Below are positions 24,193 through 38,924 of a stretch of DNA of 64,000 nucleotides, piece by piece (the first letter of the stretch is position 1; each line of letters opens with the position of its first letter). The stretch is from Octopus sinensis (taxonomy: Eukaryota). The stretch spans positions 100,254,001 through 100,318,000 of the forward strand of contig NC_042997.1 of assembly GCF_006345805.1 (NCBI RefSeq). Reading direction: 5' to 3'. Both the position numbers and the translations under genes were made by a program. The notes under the pieces were generated by a model that saw nothing but the letters and a program-made list of their open reading frames with translations, was not told the DNA's origin and made no database searches.

Positions 24193-26881
24193 TGGTAACA
24201 AACTTTCTATATTTCAATGGAGATCTGCAAATTCATCATATAGATGTCAGATTATCCCCAAATCAACACAAAATCCACTGGAATATTATATCTTTCATAT
24301 ACTGTCTACTAATACAATATCTTTTATCCTTTACTTCTGGCCATGCCGGAACACCACTAGAAGGGTTTAATCAAACAGATTGACCCCAGTCCTTTTTTTT
24401 TTTAAAGTCGGGTATTTGTCCTATTGGTCACTTTTGCCAAACTACTTAAGAATGTAAACAAACCATCATCACTGATTGTCAAGTGGTTGTGGGGAACACA
24501 CACAAACAGGCTTCTAGAGTTTTTATCTCCCAAATCCACTCGGAGGGTTTTGGTCAGCCTCAGGCTATAGTAGAAGATTCCCAAGTTGCCATCGAATAGT
24601 ATTGAACCTGAATAATGTGGTTCTTACCACACAACCATGCCTGCACCTCTGGACTATTTAGATTATACATTTTATAACATTTTCTTTCTTCTTTCAGATT
24701 TCAAATTATCAAGAAGAAATACTAAGCCACTCTGTCTACAATTATACATTTATTTTTGGCTAATGACAGTACTTTAGAAACCTATTTTAGAAATTTAATC
24801 AATAATTCATTGAAAATTAGCTTAATTTAGGCACAGATGTAGCTGTATGGTAAGAAGTTTCCTTCCCAATTACATGGTTCCAGGTTCAAAACCAAAGTGT
24901 GGCACCTTAGGCAAATGTCTTCTACTATAGCCTCAAGCCAACCAAAGCCTTGTGAGTGGATTTTGCACATGAAAACAGAAAGAAGGCCATCAAATGCACC
25001 ATTCAAGTGTGGCCGATGCCAGTGCTGCCTGACTGGCACTTGCTTAAGGAAGGGCATCCAGCTGTAGAAACCTTGCTAAATCAGATTGGAACCTGGTGCA
25101 GCCTCCTGGCTTGCCAGTTCTCAGTCACACCATCCAACCCATACCAGCATGGAAAGTGGCATACAAAATTCTCAAAGACTGACTCATAATATAGATCCTT
25201 GTAGTTACTGAGATGTATTTCCCTTGTGAAATGGGATTATTTTAATTATTTTGGAAAGAAAGGAGAGTGTGAGTAGGCAAGGCTATAGTTTGATTTTCAT
25301 TTTCTTCTAGTTTTACTTGCTTCTATCTCTGGACTGCAGCCATGCTAAAGACATTGTCTTGAAGGATTTAGTAAAATAAATCATCCCTAGTACTTATTAG
25401 TTTTCGTTTAAGTCTGGTACTTATTCTTAGGCCGAACTGCTAAATTACTGGGATATAAAAGAAATCAAGTTGCAGTAGGGGAAAAAAATAAACACAGACA
25501 CACATATATACATGATGGGCTTCCTCACAGTTTCTCTCTGCCAAATTCACTCACAAAGCATTGGTTGGCCTGGATCTAAAGTGAAGATACCCAAGGTGCA
25601 ATGCAGTGGGACTGAACTTGAAACCACAGGGCTATAAGCAAACTTCTTAATCTTGTTAAAGATGACAAACCAAAAATAATGTATTTGAGGCTAGTTGTTG
25701 ATGTTTGACAACAGGGACATAATCAAATGTAAGCTCTTTTTAGGGATATCATTGGGGCCTTCTGAAAAAGTCCAGACAATTGCCTGAAAAAAAAGCAAGA
25801 CACTAACAAAATTGATATCATTATCACTGACAAAACTGAATTATATATAAAAACACTAGGCATGGCTGTGTGATGATAAGCTTGCTTCCCAACCACATGG
25901 TTCCAGGTTCAGTCTCACTGCATGGCATCTAGAGCAAGTGTCTACTACTAGAGCCTCAAGCCAAACAAAGTCTTGTGAGTGGATTTGGTAGAAGGAAACT
26001 GAAAGAAGTCTATTGTATGTGTGTGTGTGTGTGTGTATGTGTCTGTATTTGTACCCCATCACTGCTTGACAACTGGTGCTGGTTTGTTTATGTCCCCATA
26101 ACTTAGCGGTTCAGAGAAAGAGACCAATAGAACAAGTACCAGGCTTTAAAAAAACAGTATTGGAGTCGATTCATTTGACTAAAAGTCGCAGTCTAATGAC
26201 TGAAACAGATAAAAATAGATAAAAGAGTCTATTGTGACATGCTATACCAAGTTAATAACATTACCAATGAAACTATCTTTTACTTGTTTCAGTCACTGAA
26301 CTGTGAATATCCTGAGGCACCACCTTGAAGGGTTTAGTTGAACAAATCAATCCCAGAACTTGATTTCTTAAGTCTGGAACGTATTCTGTTGGTCACCTTT
26401 GCCAAACCGTAAACAAACAAGAATGTAAACAAACCAAAACCAGTTATCAAGAAAAGGAGGAGACAAACACACACATACAAGCTCACACTGGAGCTCAACA
26501 TGGCCTTGTGGCTCACCAGATCCAGTTAAACCATCTGACCCTTGCCAATATGGAAAGAAGAAGTTAAATGATGATGATGAAATATATACACACACAAGGA
26601 GTGTCTGTACCCGTCTACTAAAGTTACTCACAAGATACTGGTTGGCCCAGGGTTGTAAAAGAAACTTGCCCAAGATGCTGCACAGTAGGCAAAAACCCAA
26701 AACCACAGGTTGCAAAGCAAGCTTTTTAACCAGACAGCCATGTTTGCATCTACTCAAAAAAAATTTATTTTTTTCAGTTTTATGATTTGGCTGACATATT
26801 CAGAATCTTTTGACATCAAACTTATAAGTACATGCAGAATTTTGTTGATGGAATAAAGTTTATTTATATGTGTAAAGTGCA

Positions 26882-27105
26882 TTGACCCTTTTGTTACCAT
26901 ATTTCTGTTGAACTACACTGCATTTGTTTCAATTAATTTTGAAAATAATTAAGAATTTGGTAAAATATCTTAAGTCATTACTAAGCTGATAATTCGAACA
27001 TAAATTAACAAGGAATTCTAATGGGAAATTTCAACTTAGATCACTTTACATAGAAAGTTTGTATCATAGAAGCAGTCTTGGGCAGGTTGGTATCAAAAGA
27101 GTTTA
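26882..27105 (+). mobile_element. MITE family B
   Basis: cccttttgttaccatatttctgttg...ggtatcaaaagag. Confidence 0.7.
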
Positions 27106-29479
27106 AAAAACATAACATAAATGGCGGTGCCCCAGCATGGCCACAGCTCGTGAGCTGAAACTAGAATCAATCAATCAATCAATACCAATTTTTGCAAGAA
27201 AACTGGCTTAATTACAAAATCTAAATAGTTAACAATATTGAACTTCCACACCAATACTTAGAAGTGTGCCACCAAACTGGTGAGAAAATTTATTTGGTAA
27301 AGCAGGTCATTATCAGAAATATTATATGCTTAAGGAAATCATCTCAAACCTAATCCAGCCTAGGTTTAGATTACATATCCTAGGATAAGGTCAATTTTCA
27401 TATTCAGATTCAGAACTACCAAACAAACTGCTCTTCTATTATCAAATCTTATGTGGATCTTGATTACTAATCAAAGATGAGCAACTAAACATAATTTAGA
27501 AATTCCTTTTCAATAGAAAATGCTGCTAACAAAAGCTAATAAGTTGAAAGGTCAATAACAATGTTTATTTAACCAAAACAAGTTTACCTATGGGATTTTG
27601 TGGTCATTTGATTATATAATTATATAAAAAGAAAGAAAAAGGAAAACAGTAGCTAACCAACACAATCAATCATTTAATTCTCTTGTTTTGCGATATCAGA
27701 AATTTTATAGGAATACATGAAGATAAGACTGATTAGTCCCCAAACTAAGTGATATTGTAGAAGATATATTTATCTTTTCTTTTAATCTTTTACTTGTTTC
27801 AGTCATTGGACTGTGGCTATGCTGGGGCACCTCCTTGAAGGGTTTAGTCAAACAAATTGACCCCAGTAGTTATTTTCCCTTTTTTAAGTGGTACTTATTC
27901 TATTGGTCTCTTTTGCCAAGCCACTTTACAAGTGATGTAAACAAACCAACACTGGCTGTCAAGTGGTAGGTGGGAGCCAAACACAAACACAAGTAAATGT
28001 ATGTATGTGTTTATATATATATATATGTTTATTTATTTTCACACATACATGTCTTTTTCTCAGTTTCTGTCTACCAAATCCACCCACAAGGTTTTCATCA
28101 GTCTAAGGTTACAGTAAAAGACACTTGCCCAATGTGCCAGACACTGGGACAGAACCCAAAACCATGTGGTTGGGAAGTAAACTTCTTACCATACAGCCTA
28201 TAAGGAGAAAGGAATGTGATAATAAATTCATCCAACTATAATCAGGAGACACAATGATCCCAAAAACATAGAAGTGGCAAAAACTTATTCTAAATAAATG
28301 ACCAAACTGCAACAATTTTGTCACAACTATCTTTCTTTTGAACATAAAGTCTACTAAGTTGCAATATTTCATTATAGAACTAGTATTACAGGATTGTTTA
28401 TACAAGGCTAGATTCAATCAATTATTGAGTTCTATATTATTTGCAATGCAGTAGTGAAGTAACAGAAATGTAGTTTGATATTTGTTGCTAACATCAAAAA
28501 TATTTATTTTCTTAGAAAAATCATTACATCATTCTCACATGTATAAAGAAAAATTTAAGGTGATTCATATTAGTATGAAAAGATAATACAATACTTCACA
28601 ATGAGCTTTATATTTTTCTACTCCATTGCTGAATAAAAATGTTTTTGGTTTGTATCTCGAGGTTTTTATGCTAGCATAATATCTCCATAAATTGTTAGTG
28701 TTCATACATCACTAGATGCCCTTCTTTACAAGAATCATTCAACTGTGAAGTAAGACGGAGATTCATTTTCAAAGATTGACCTAATGCAAAATTATGTTGT
28801 TCTCGATAAACACAATAGAACAGGATTGAAACTCATGCATTTCATGTCAATAATCCAATATATTAACCCCTCAACTACTATTGACCACATTCAGAAACTG
28901 AAATTTGCAAGCTAACTAGAGAATCTCAACCTTGTTACTCAACTAGCTAAAATCAGCAGCTAAAACTTCATACAGCACCCAACCAGCTTAAAAAAGGCAG
29001 GCCGTTTTGAATAATGTCATTAAGAGGAAAGATGGGAACAGCCATGGCCCAAATGCCTTTGATCAAAGGTGCACTCATTCAGAGCTAATTTGGGGCTAAT
29101 CAACAACTAAATGAAAATTTCTCTCTACAATCATTATTAACAAAGGAAGCAGATTTCAAAACCAGGACTTTTAACTTATCAATAGAAATCAGATAGTTAA
29201 GATGAAATAGGAATTCAATAACTCTATACTAAGACCAAATAAATGCTTTTCTACAGTGCTGCCCACACATCTTGCATGATACATCCCTCAAACAAACATA
29301 TATTTGGGATTGTATATACAATAAATCATCAACCAGATATTCACACAAGTCTTCATTCATCCAACTAGCATTGTGTAGTTGAAGACGAGAGCCTCACAAT
29401 TCATCTCTGCTCTTCTGAAAACTACCGTAAACATATCCACTTGATGTACTCATCTTCCTTCTTCCCATAAAATCCACAA

Positions 29480-29810
29480 CAGAATAATACTCCATCTGGA
29501 ATAATCCTGCTGCTACAGACACAAAAATCCTAAACCACATCCAAAAAGAGGCCATTCAAATGATTGTCAAAGACATACTACAACCCCTTAGCCCACAGAT
29601 GTGCTGTCTCTTGAAAGTCGTTTCTTCAATAACACCAACATTCACGCTCCTCCTCCCCTTCCCATTATACCTAATCCTTTCTTCCTAGAATGTCAACACT
29701 TTGGAATTCCCTTCCTACCAATGTTTCCCACCCCACCCCCATCTCTGCAGATATCAACTTACAGGTGTTCAAAACAAACATCAACCATATCAATCATATT
29801 AGAGGGCCTA
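29480..29810 (+). mobile_element. L2/CR1-type LINE 3' fragment
   Basis: FFPRMSTLWNSLPTNVFP..LQVFKTNINHI C-terminal signature. Confidence 0.7.
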
Positions 29811-29842
29811 TGAAGCCACAAACATTGCCCCTTCTTAATGAC

Positions 29843-30045
29843 TGAACCCTTTAGTGTTCAAATTACTCAGACAAATGTAAAGCTTATTTATTCATATTAT
29901 TTGGAATTAATCATACATCATCTCACAGATTCGAGATTTTGATGATGTTATTGTCTATATTTAGAATGACATTGTAGGTATGAGAGGTTAGATCTGGCCA
30001 GTTTGGATGTAAAACAGGAGGCTGGTTTAAATGCTAAGTAGTTAA
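29843..30045 (+). mobile_element. MITE family A
   Basis: aaccctttag...aatgctaag..gttaa. Confidence 0.65.
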
Positions 30046-31379
30046 CCATATAAAATAATAAAAGATGCTACACAAAAGACATTATTCAATTCTTCAGAAC
30101 TATAACACTGATACTTTACACAATTTTTTCCCAACCATTAATGTCTCAATCAACACTAAATTCAATTCTTATAAAACAATTAAGCCAATCTATCAGCCCA
30201 CAATTACTTTTTTTTTAACAGATTAATTTTTTTCAAGATTTTAAACCATACTTTATATATACACACACACGTACTCATTTATAATGCACACTACACTAAT
30301 AAATGTGAACAATGAAGTCCCTGAAAAATTATTTACAATACGCACTAACTTCTCTTCAAAGAGTTTAGTCAGATTTATTATAATTGCTGTCAAGAATATA
30401 TTGGAGAAAGGTTACAAATCGTAAACAGCAAAACCAATTTTGAAGGTGATCTTTGCATTTTACTGGTATCAGCTATAAAAGGTGTCCAGAAGTGCTTTGA
30501 TAGTACAACTGGCAAATACAAGCTCCAAGGAATTGTTGCTGTCAACCTTTCATTGTCAAAAAATGTAAAAATTTTCATTATATGACTGTGAATATAAAAT
30601 ACTTCTGCTCTATGCAATATTTTCCTGACCGAAATACCATTTTAATTCTTTAATATGATGATTAAATTAATAAATATTCAGTAAGGATATTACATAGTTA
30701 TTACAGAAAAATGAATATGTACCAATATTCTATAAATACTGTAATTATTCAATGTGAAAAGGAACAGAAATATTAATATTTTCCATAATAAAAGTCAATA
30801 ATGTAAAGTATTTATATTCTGGCTAACACCTAAAATCATTCCATACTAAAAGTTGATAGCAGTAATTCCCTGGAATTCATGTTGGCCAAGTTATACCAAT
30901 TTCTACATCATATCAACTGGTACATACACATAAATATCAATATATATAGTTCAAATTTGCAAAAAAAAACAAACAAAAAAACAGAAGACAAAGACAGGTG
31001 TAGGAACAACAAGCAGATGTATTAGTTTAACACTCAGGAAAAATGATAAAGTCTTTTACATTTTGAGCCTACGCTCTTTGACAGAAAGGAATAAGAGAAA
31101 AAAATGGAGAGAGAAAAACTGTGTAGAGTTCAGCAGTCTAACATGGCAAAATGACTGGAGGGGGAGTGTGAATGTTGGTGTTACTAAGGAACCTACTTTT
31201 AAAAGAGACAGCACATCTGTGGATTAATGGTGTTGTAGTGTGTCTTTGACAATCATATACACATATATACCTACTTATATATATAGTTTTATTTATTTAT
31301 ATATATATATATACCTACATACATACATAGTTACATATATATACATACATATACGTACATATTCATATATACATATTCT

Positions 31380-31890
31380 TTTATTCTTTTACACGTTCCA
31401 GTCATTTGACTGTGGCCATGCTGGAACACCACCTTTAGTAAAACAAATCAACCCCAGGACTTACTCTTTGTAAGCCTAACGCTTATTCTATCAGTCTCTT
31501 TCGCTGAATCGCTAAGTTTCGAAGACATAAACACACCAACATCGGTTGTCAAGTGATGGTGGGGGGACAAACACAGACACAAACACATACAAATATATAA
31601 ACATGTATATACAAGGCTTTGGTCAGCCTGAGGATATACTAGAAGACACTTGCCCAAGGTGCCGTGCAGTGAGACTGAACCCAGAACCATGTGGTTGGGA
31701 AGCAAGCTTCATACCACACAACCACTCCTGCCTATATATATATAGTTTCCATCCTACCAAATCCACTGAAGACATTGATCAGTACAGAGCTATAATAGAA
31801 GATATTTATATAAAGTACTACCCAACAGGACTGAACCCAAAAGTACATGGTTGCAAAACAAGCTTCTTAACTAGATAGCCACGCCTGCAC
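31380..31890 (-). mobile_element. SINE with a second tandem head
   Basis: Same family; gactgaacc head appears twice (about 31675 and 31830). Confidence 0.7.
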
Positions 31891-32199
31891 TTATTATATA
31901 TCCGATAATATACTGACTGGTTAGTCACAGATGGAACAACTTTGTGTTATTTCGTATTCTTGCAGGTTATTGAAACAAAATTTTAAGAATTATTCATTCT
32001 TGAAGTAACACATACACACACAAACCAAGTACATTTCATTCTTCGGCTAATTGCATTTCCATTAAACATTTTACTTTTGAATTGTGTTGATGTGTTAGTA
32101 AAATTGCAAGCAACATTTGATCGATGTCCTTGTGAACAGAAAAGTGGACAACATTTAGTTTTTGTGCATAAAGTGTACTCCTAATGTTTAGATTTATGA

Positions 32200-32505
32200 A
32201 GGTGCATGGCTCAGTAGTTAGAGTGTAGGACACAAAATCATGAGGTAGTGAGTTCGATTCCCAGACCAAACAATGTGTTGTGTTCTTGAGCAAGACACTA
32301 TTTCATGTTGCTCCAGTTCACTCATCTGTAGAAATGAGTTTTGACATTACTGGTGCCAAGCTGTATCGGTCTTTGCTTTTCCCTTGGATAACATCAGTGG
32401 CATGGAGAGGGGAGGCTGGTATGCATGGGCAACTGCTGGTCTTGTGCCTCAGACAATAACTTTCTAGGTGCAATCCCTTGGCATTCATGACCGAAGCGGG
32501 TATTT
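32200..32505 (+). mobile_element. tRNA-derived SINE (second family)
   Basis: catggctcagtagttagag...gagttcgattccc (A/B boxes); homologous to 33753-34088. Confidence 0.75.
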
Positions 32506-32670
32506 TAATATTTAGATTTAAAAGTTTTAATAAGGTGTGTATTACACAAACACATCAATAATGAGTGTTGTCACAAAATTATAAATAACTTATTTTTTCA
32601 TGTTTTTTTTTTTTTTTAAAAGTGGTCTATATTTTATAGGGGAAAGCATCAATAGGCTGTATACAAAGGT

Positions 32671-32894
32671 TTAACCCTTTAACATTCAGATTATTCTGTT
32701 AAATGTAATGCTTATTTATTTACATTCTTTTGAAATGATTATGCATTATTTTGCAGTTTTGAGATTTTGATGATGTGATTGCGTGTTTTTAGAATGACAT
32801 TGTAGGATAGGTGTAAGAGACCAGATTTGGCCAGTTTGAGCAATAAACAAGTAGAATATTTTGGCCGGATATGGCTAGCTTAAATGCTAAAAGG
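32671..32894 (+). mobile_element. MITE family A
   Basis: TTAACCCTTTaacattcag...aatgctaaaagg terminal inverted repeats. Confidence 0.75.
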
Positions 32895-33752
32895 ATATTA
32901 ATCTAACAGTTATCTCCATCATCTCTGTAAAATACTTTAACAAGTTGAAATTAAATTCTCTTCTCTTTAAACAAATCAATAAGAAAGTAAACTGCACATG
33001 CAAATTCCATTAGTAAAGATTTATTTTACAAATATTTATGAAAAATTATATCAGGCAAATAACATAAGAAATTGACATTAGCCTTTTATACGTCATTGTA
33101 AAACTGTATCAAATAACATTGTACCAACAAAAATTGTGTTATATTAAAGACCATTTTATTTTTCTTATTCTATCTATGAAGATCCTTCTAAATCAAAAGA
33201 ATGGGATAGCAATGGGAGCTAGACTGATTGATACTTTGGAGATTTAATGAATTCAAAAAGAAAAGAAGAAATTCAAGTAAAAACACAAAAAAGTAGTCCC
33301 CTATGAGTTGGGTGCCCAGAACAAATAGTTGAGGGTTGGAGTGAAAGCTATGTAGTTTGTTATTAAAAGAAATTGTAATTATTAGCAATAGAAGCAGTAT
33401 AAATACCAAAGGGTAATATTTATCCCCACATAAAAGTGGAAGCTGTGTTAGAACATAGAGTGCTGAGATAGTTACATGTGAGAAAATCTCATATGGGCTC
33501 TTGTTGCATATAAGCACTTGCTTACATCAGTAGCAGAGATAAGTCATCAGCCACGGCAACTGCCAAGACAACCAGATCATGTGATTTTGTCCTTCCCTGG
33601 GTTTATCAATGGTAGATGATCAGACACTGGAATTAGCAATGATATCCTAACTAGCAATATACATAAAATTACTGTATTTCATCAGGTGAACAACAGAAGC
33701 AGTAATAATACCAAAGGGTAATATTTATCCCCACTTAAAAGTGGATGTTGTG

Positions 33753-34088
33753 ATTGAAGGCACATGGCTCAGTGGTTGGAGTACCAGGCTCACGATCATG
33801 AAGTAGTGAGTTCAATTCCTGGACCAAACAGTGTGTTGTGTTCTTGAGCAAAGCACTTTATTTTATGTTGATCCAGTTCACTCAGTTGTAGAAATGAGTT
33901 ATGACATCGCTGGTGCCATGCTGTATCGGCCTTTGCTTTTCTCTTGGGTAACATCAGTAGCATGGAGAGGGGACCTTGGTATGATGGGTGACTGCTAGTC
34001 TTCCATAAAAAAACCTTGCTTAGACTTGTGCCTTGAAAGGTAACTTTCTAGGTGCAATACCATGGTCATTCATAACCAAAGGGGGTCT
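33753..34088 (+). mobile_element. tRNA-derived SINE with TTGTG target-site duplication
   Basis: TTGTG at 33748-33752 and 34089-34093; the empty site is visible in the neighbouring repeat copy. Confidence 0.8.
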
Positions 34089-34671
34089 TTGTGTTAGAAC
34101 ACTGAGAACTGTGATAGTTACCATGAGAGAAACTCTCATATTGGCTCTTGGTGTATTATAAGCACTCTTGTTTACATAGCTAGAAAGAAATTGTACTTTT
34201 GTCTTTGCTTCTTTTACATATGAATGATGAAGACAAATAATGTTACTCCATTATATGCAAATGTGAATGATTCACAAAGGTCTGACACTAAACATTGGTC
34301 AACAAGAAAGATGAAACTAGACAGATCAAAAGACAAGTCACCTCCTTGAGCATACTTCAGACACCCATGTAAGATGGTTAAAGACTGACACTCATAGGAG
34401 AACTGTTGTATTATTTATTTAAAAACATTCAATGAAAATTTCCATAGATATATAAAGAATATCTGGATACACTTTTTCCTAGCACTGTAGACAATAAAAG
34501 TTGTCTAGGTTTGAGCAGCTTCTATTAACTCATGCTTCATCAGCTCATATTGAATATACATAACCACATACATACTCCATAACATGCAGCAATAAGAAAT
34601 GCTGCCCGAAATATTAAAGCACATCAGCACTAGAGCCACTGATTCACCAGTATTACCGTCAATGTGATAGT

Positions 34672-34901
34672 TTAACCATTTTGTTACCATATTTCTGTTG
34701 AGATGCTCTGTATTTCTTTCAATTAATTTTAAATATAACAAAGAATTTAGTAAAATAACTTAGTTATCATTAAGCTAGTGTTAGGAACATAAATTATGAC
34801 TAAGGTTTGGTAGAAGATTTCAATTCAGAATTTTTGAAAATAAGACATTTGTACTAAAAAGCCAGAGGTAGTTTCAGCCAGGTTGATATCAAAAGGGTTA
34901 A
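34672..34901 (+). mobile_element. MITE family B
   Basis: TTAA at both ends; ..atcaaaagggTTAA. Confidence 0.75.
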
Positions 34902-37212
34902 ATGATGTAAAGCACAAGTTACATGAATCACGTCAACTACTGTTAATTAAAAAAGTAATGTTTTGAAGATATGAAATTAATTATATTTGACTATTTTAAA
35001 TTTCTTTTTAAAGAAAAATTCATTATTTTCCTTTGCTTCCCCCACCCAAAATATTAATTTTTACAAGGTGTAGAGTATTCTTTGTGGAATTGAAACAAAG
35101 TCTATTTGAAACAGTATACTCTTATTATATATGGCAAACTGATTCCAGTGGTATTAAAGTCCAAGCCTGCAAGAACCTAACAAAATACAGTACACAACCT
35201 AGTCTTTTATCAAATATATTAGCCATTTCCTCTGTTAAGGTTTTATTTAAATACAAAAAATTTTGAAGATATTGAAAACTTTTTTGATTTAAAATATACA
35301 TTACAAAATTTATGCTGAACAGAGAGTTTAACTTAAGAAAAATACGCAAATTTCAACTGATATAAAATAGAATAAAAATGAACTCAATCAATTCCATTTA
35401 TATTACAAAAGAAAAAAAACATGCATAAACACTCTGTAAAACTAAAATCTTGAAAATAATAATCAAATGGTTTTTGCTTTTTGGGGTCAAACCAATATTA
35501 CTTAATCTTTAAATATCTATCAATTATAGATATTTTAAAATCTATTTCTAATATAATTTACTTTCAGCAATTTTCCATTATCCATGTGCAGCACATAATT
35601 AATCAAATTAGTCATTTCTTTGGCAATCTTTAAGTTTCATAATTTATTTAAACTAATATATCAATCATGCAATTTTTATAACTGACTAAAGGGAGCCTAA
35701 AACAAGGTTGATGAGCCTTCTAAAAAAAATCAACCAATTCTCCCTCAAATTACACTGTTTTCTTAAAGGATTAAAGGCCACATTTGAAAAAAAAAAAAAA
35801 AAAAAAAGCTGATTACAGCTGCAATGCATTTCATCTAACACAACTCAATTAGGACAGACTATAAGCTAAAACAACTATAAAATGAAAATAATATTTACTG
35901 AAATAAATAAGTAAATAAATAACGATGAAAATGATTAAGACAACACCAAACTAGGATGCATTATTTTTATCAAGTCAAGTGTTTCCCAGTTCTGATTCTA
36001 AAATTCCACTTAGGTCAACTTTCTGTTTCATCCTTCCAGAGTTGATAAAATTAAGACTTGCCAAAGACTATCCCACAAATACAAAAATTACAGCAAACTA
36101 AATAATAAAACAATTCTTTTCTATTTTGTCAAAAGAAACTCAAAAACGAAGAATAAAATAAATATAATTTCCATACATTTGAAAGTTAACATTAGATTTT
36201 GAACAGATAGAATATAAACAAAATAACTGTAAAATGAGTATTTGTTTTTCTCTAATTTTTATACCTAATGCATCCAATGTTCATAATTACATTCTATACA
36301 TCATATATATTATACACAAACACACACACAAATTTTCTTCATAATTAAGTCAAAATTTTTTTAATCAAATGTAAAACAAAACTGTATCTCAACAAATATA
36401 ATCTATAATAATCCTTCTCATTAGTTATGAATTTAGTAACATACAATGCCCTTGAGCAAGGCACATAACTCTGCATACCCCAGCACCCAACTGTTAAAAA
36501 CAATTGATCACTTAAGCAAATATTCAGATACGAAAAAAAATTATACCACCTACGATTCTACAGGAAAATAAATACAGAACAACAAAATTAAATTTATTAG
36601 AAATAAAATTAAAATAATGGGAAAACACACCAATCAAATGTTTTCTTAAGTCAAGAACTGAGAAAACAAGATTTTAAAGTCTGATGATTTATTTACCTAA
36701 GAATATTCTGAAGATAAAATCTTCCTGAAACCAGATATAAACCTAAGTTGAATTTACACTACCAAAGTTTGGTTCAATTTCCAAATCTCTTAAAATTTTG
36801 ATCAAAATCACCCCCCCCCCCAACCTTTTAATCAAGAAAGAAACAATGTTTTGTCTTTAATCTCACACCTTAATTATCTTAATCATGAACATACTTGAAT
36901 AAACATGGTTCCTGCATTCCTTTGAAGCTTCATCACTGCTTATACAACTTGTGTACCATCTGGCAAATACACTTGCCAACTACTGTGCCATTCTCAATCT
37001 TTTTTTTTCCCCTCCTCATGCTTTCCTTAAATAAAATAAATCCATTCCCATTTGTTTAACATCTGGCACAATTTTTCCTTAGAAAACTATTTTTTCTTAC
37101 CTGACAAAAATGCACTGTTCTTTTATACCTATTCACATGATAAAAATCACTTCTTGGTACTATTTCTTGCTAAAATAGCCAGTCTTTTATCACATATTTT
37201 CATTAATTACCT

Positions 37213-37592
37213 CTTTATCTCTTACTTGTTTCAGTCATTGGACTGTGGCCATACTGGGGCACCACCTTGAGTTTCATTGAACAAATCTACCCTAGTACTT
37301 GTTTAAAGTTTGGTACTTATTCTATTGGTCTCTTTTGCCAAACTACTAAGATGCAAGGATGTAAACAAACCAATGGCTGTTGACAAGTAGTGATAGGAGA
37401 CAAATACAAACAAAAAATATACATATGCACGAATCACAGGCTTCCATGCAGTTTCCACTTATTAAATTCACCCACAAAGCATTTGTTGGCCCAGGGCTAT
37501 AGCAGAAGATGCCCAAGGTGCCATGCAGTGGGACTGAACCTGAAACCACAGGTTTGCAAAGTGAGCTTCTTAACCACACAGTCATGCCTGCA
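37213..37592 (-). mobile_element. SINE
   Basis: Same family as 15711. Confidence 0.75.
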
Positions 37593-38924
37593 CTTATTTG
37601 AGGTTTTTAAAATTTTAATGGTTCTTTGTTTCACAATTTCATTTCACATTTGCAACATACAAATAATTACTTCCTGAAAATAAAAGCCAATTTTAAAACG
37701 ACCAACTCCAGTTAATTTTCAATGACAGTTTTGAATTGTAAATCACAAATCAGCTGAGTTCAAACTATGAGAGAATGCTTTATATAAAATAGTTTTATGC
37801 AGGTATTCAGATATAGTTCATTGCTTCAGCTTTCCCAGTCAAAAAATAAAATGCACAAAATTTGTGTAACTGCTTTTATTTTAAGTTTCAATGAAACAGT
37901 TTCTAGAAAAACTTGAAAATCAGGAGGTATTTATGAACAGCTGTTCTATGGCAGCCTGTTTATTCTCAATGCAACTAATTTACAATGGATAGCGTCTAAG
38001 AATTAAAAAAATATAAATATATAAAAAACAAGTATCACTTATAAAAGATGGCTCAGGTGGTATGGACAGATAATAAAAATACATAAAGGAAACTACTGAT
38101 TCAAGTACCAGTTACTACTGCTGCTGATGCATAGCTGATACACAGTTCTTGATAGATATAGACAGTTTGAAAAAGCTAGAGGGAAATTACATGCTAGAAG
38201 AATGGTAAATGGAGATGATAAGAGTGTACTGTAAAAAAAAAAAAAAAAAAAAAAAAGTTGTGTTCAGCCTGTAGATAATTTATCTAACAATTAGGTGAAA
38301 TCCAGATCCATTATTTCAGTGCATGGTCTGAGCAGACAACTATAACATTAGAATAATTCTGACAAGCATTGTTTTGATGTATTGATCCAACAAAGAAACT
38401 TATATACAATTGCTTGACCTGCTAGAATTAGCAAGCAAACTATCCATGAGTCATACCCTACTCTTTCAAAAAGAAAAGGTTTTTTTGTCTGAATCTATGA
38501 AGTAGCATTTCAACTTTTATATTCACAGTAAGACACTAGAAAAAATGCTACTGGAAGTTGCTTTTGATGAACAAAGGCCCAGCCATAGTTTCCCACACAA
38601 CTAGTAATTCTGTAACTATTTTTGCATAATATAACAAAATTAATTATTTCACTGGACCAAGTACAAAATCAGTTTCTACAGGAGCAGGTGTATTAAACAA
38701 ACACAATATTCTAATCTGAGTTGTAATCCCTATTCATTAGAACTAAATAAATTGCTGTATTTAGTAGTATTAATAACAAGTGTAATATCAATGATGATCA
38801 TCTTTTGTGAATTCATAAGCAAGTGTTAATCTCACCAGAAAGTATTAAATTCTTAATGCTACTAGGTTTTGAATATTGCCGTTCTTGGGTACAAATCTTA
38901 TGTCATGAACTTTGCTATGTATAT

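Larger units (their letters stand above)
22495..28200. repeat. Dense SINE cluster: about 22495-22845(-), 23372-23725(-), 24330-24650(-), 24832-25165(+), 25310-25650(-), 25857-26225(+), 26275-26750(-), 27122-27180(+), 27770-28200(-)
   Basis: Repeated blocks cagtcattggactgtggccatgctgg, ctaccaaatccactcacaaggc and gggactgaacccagaaccatgtgg. Confidence 0.8.

Noticed and set aside
30390-30600. About 65 open codons on the plus strand and a 75-aa ORF on the minus strand
   Set aside because: No motif and no splice signals; within chance expectation.
32200-32275. tRNA-like A/B boxes
   Set aside because: SINE heads; no complete cloverleaf.
34575-34660. miR-8-like pieces (TAATACTG and CGGGCAGCATT on the minus strand)
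   Set aside because: Partial matches in the wrong 5p/3p order with no convincing stem.
36690-36725. TAG|GTAAAT ratchet-like motif
   Set aside because: Weak donor and interrupted pyrimidine tract; likely background.
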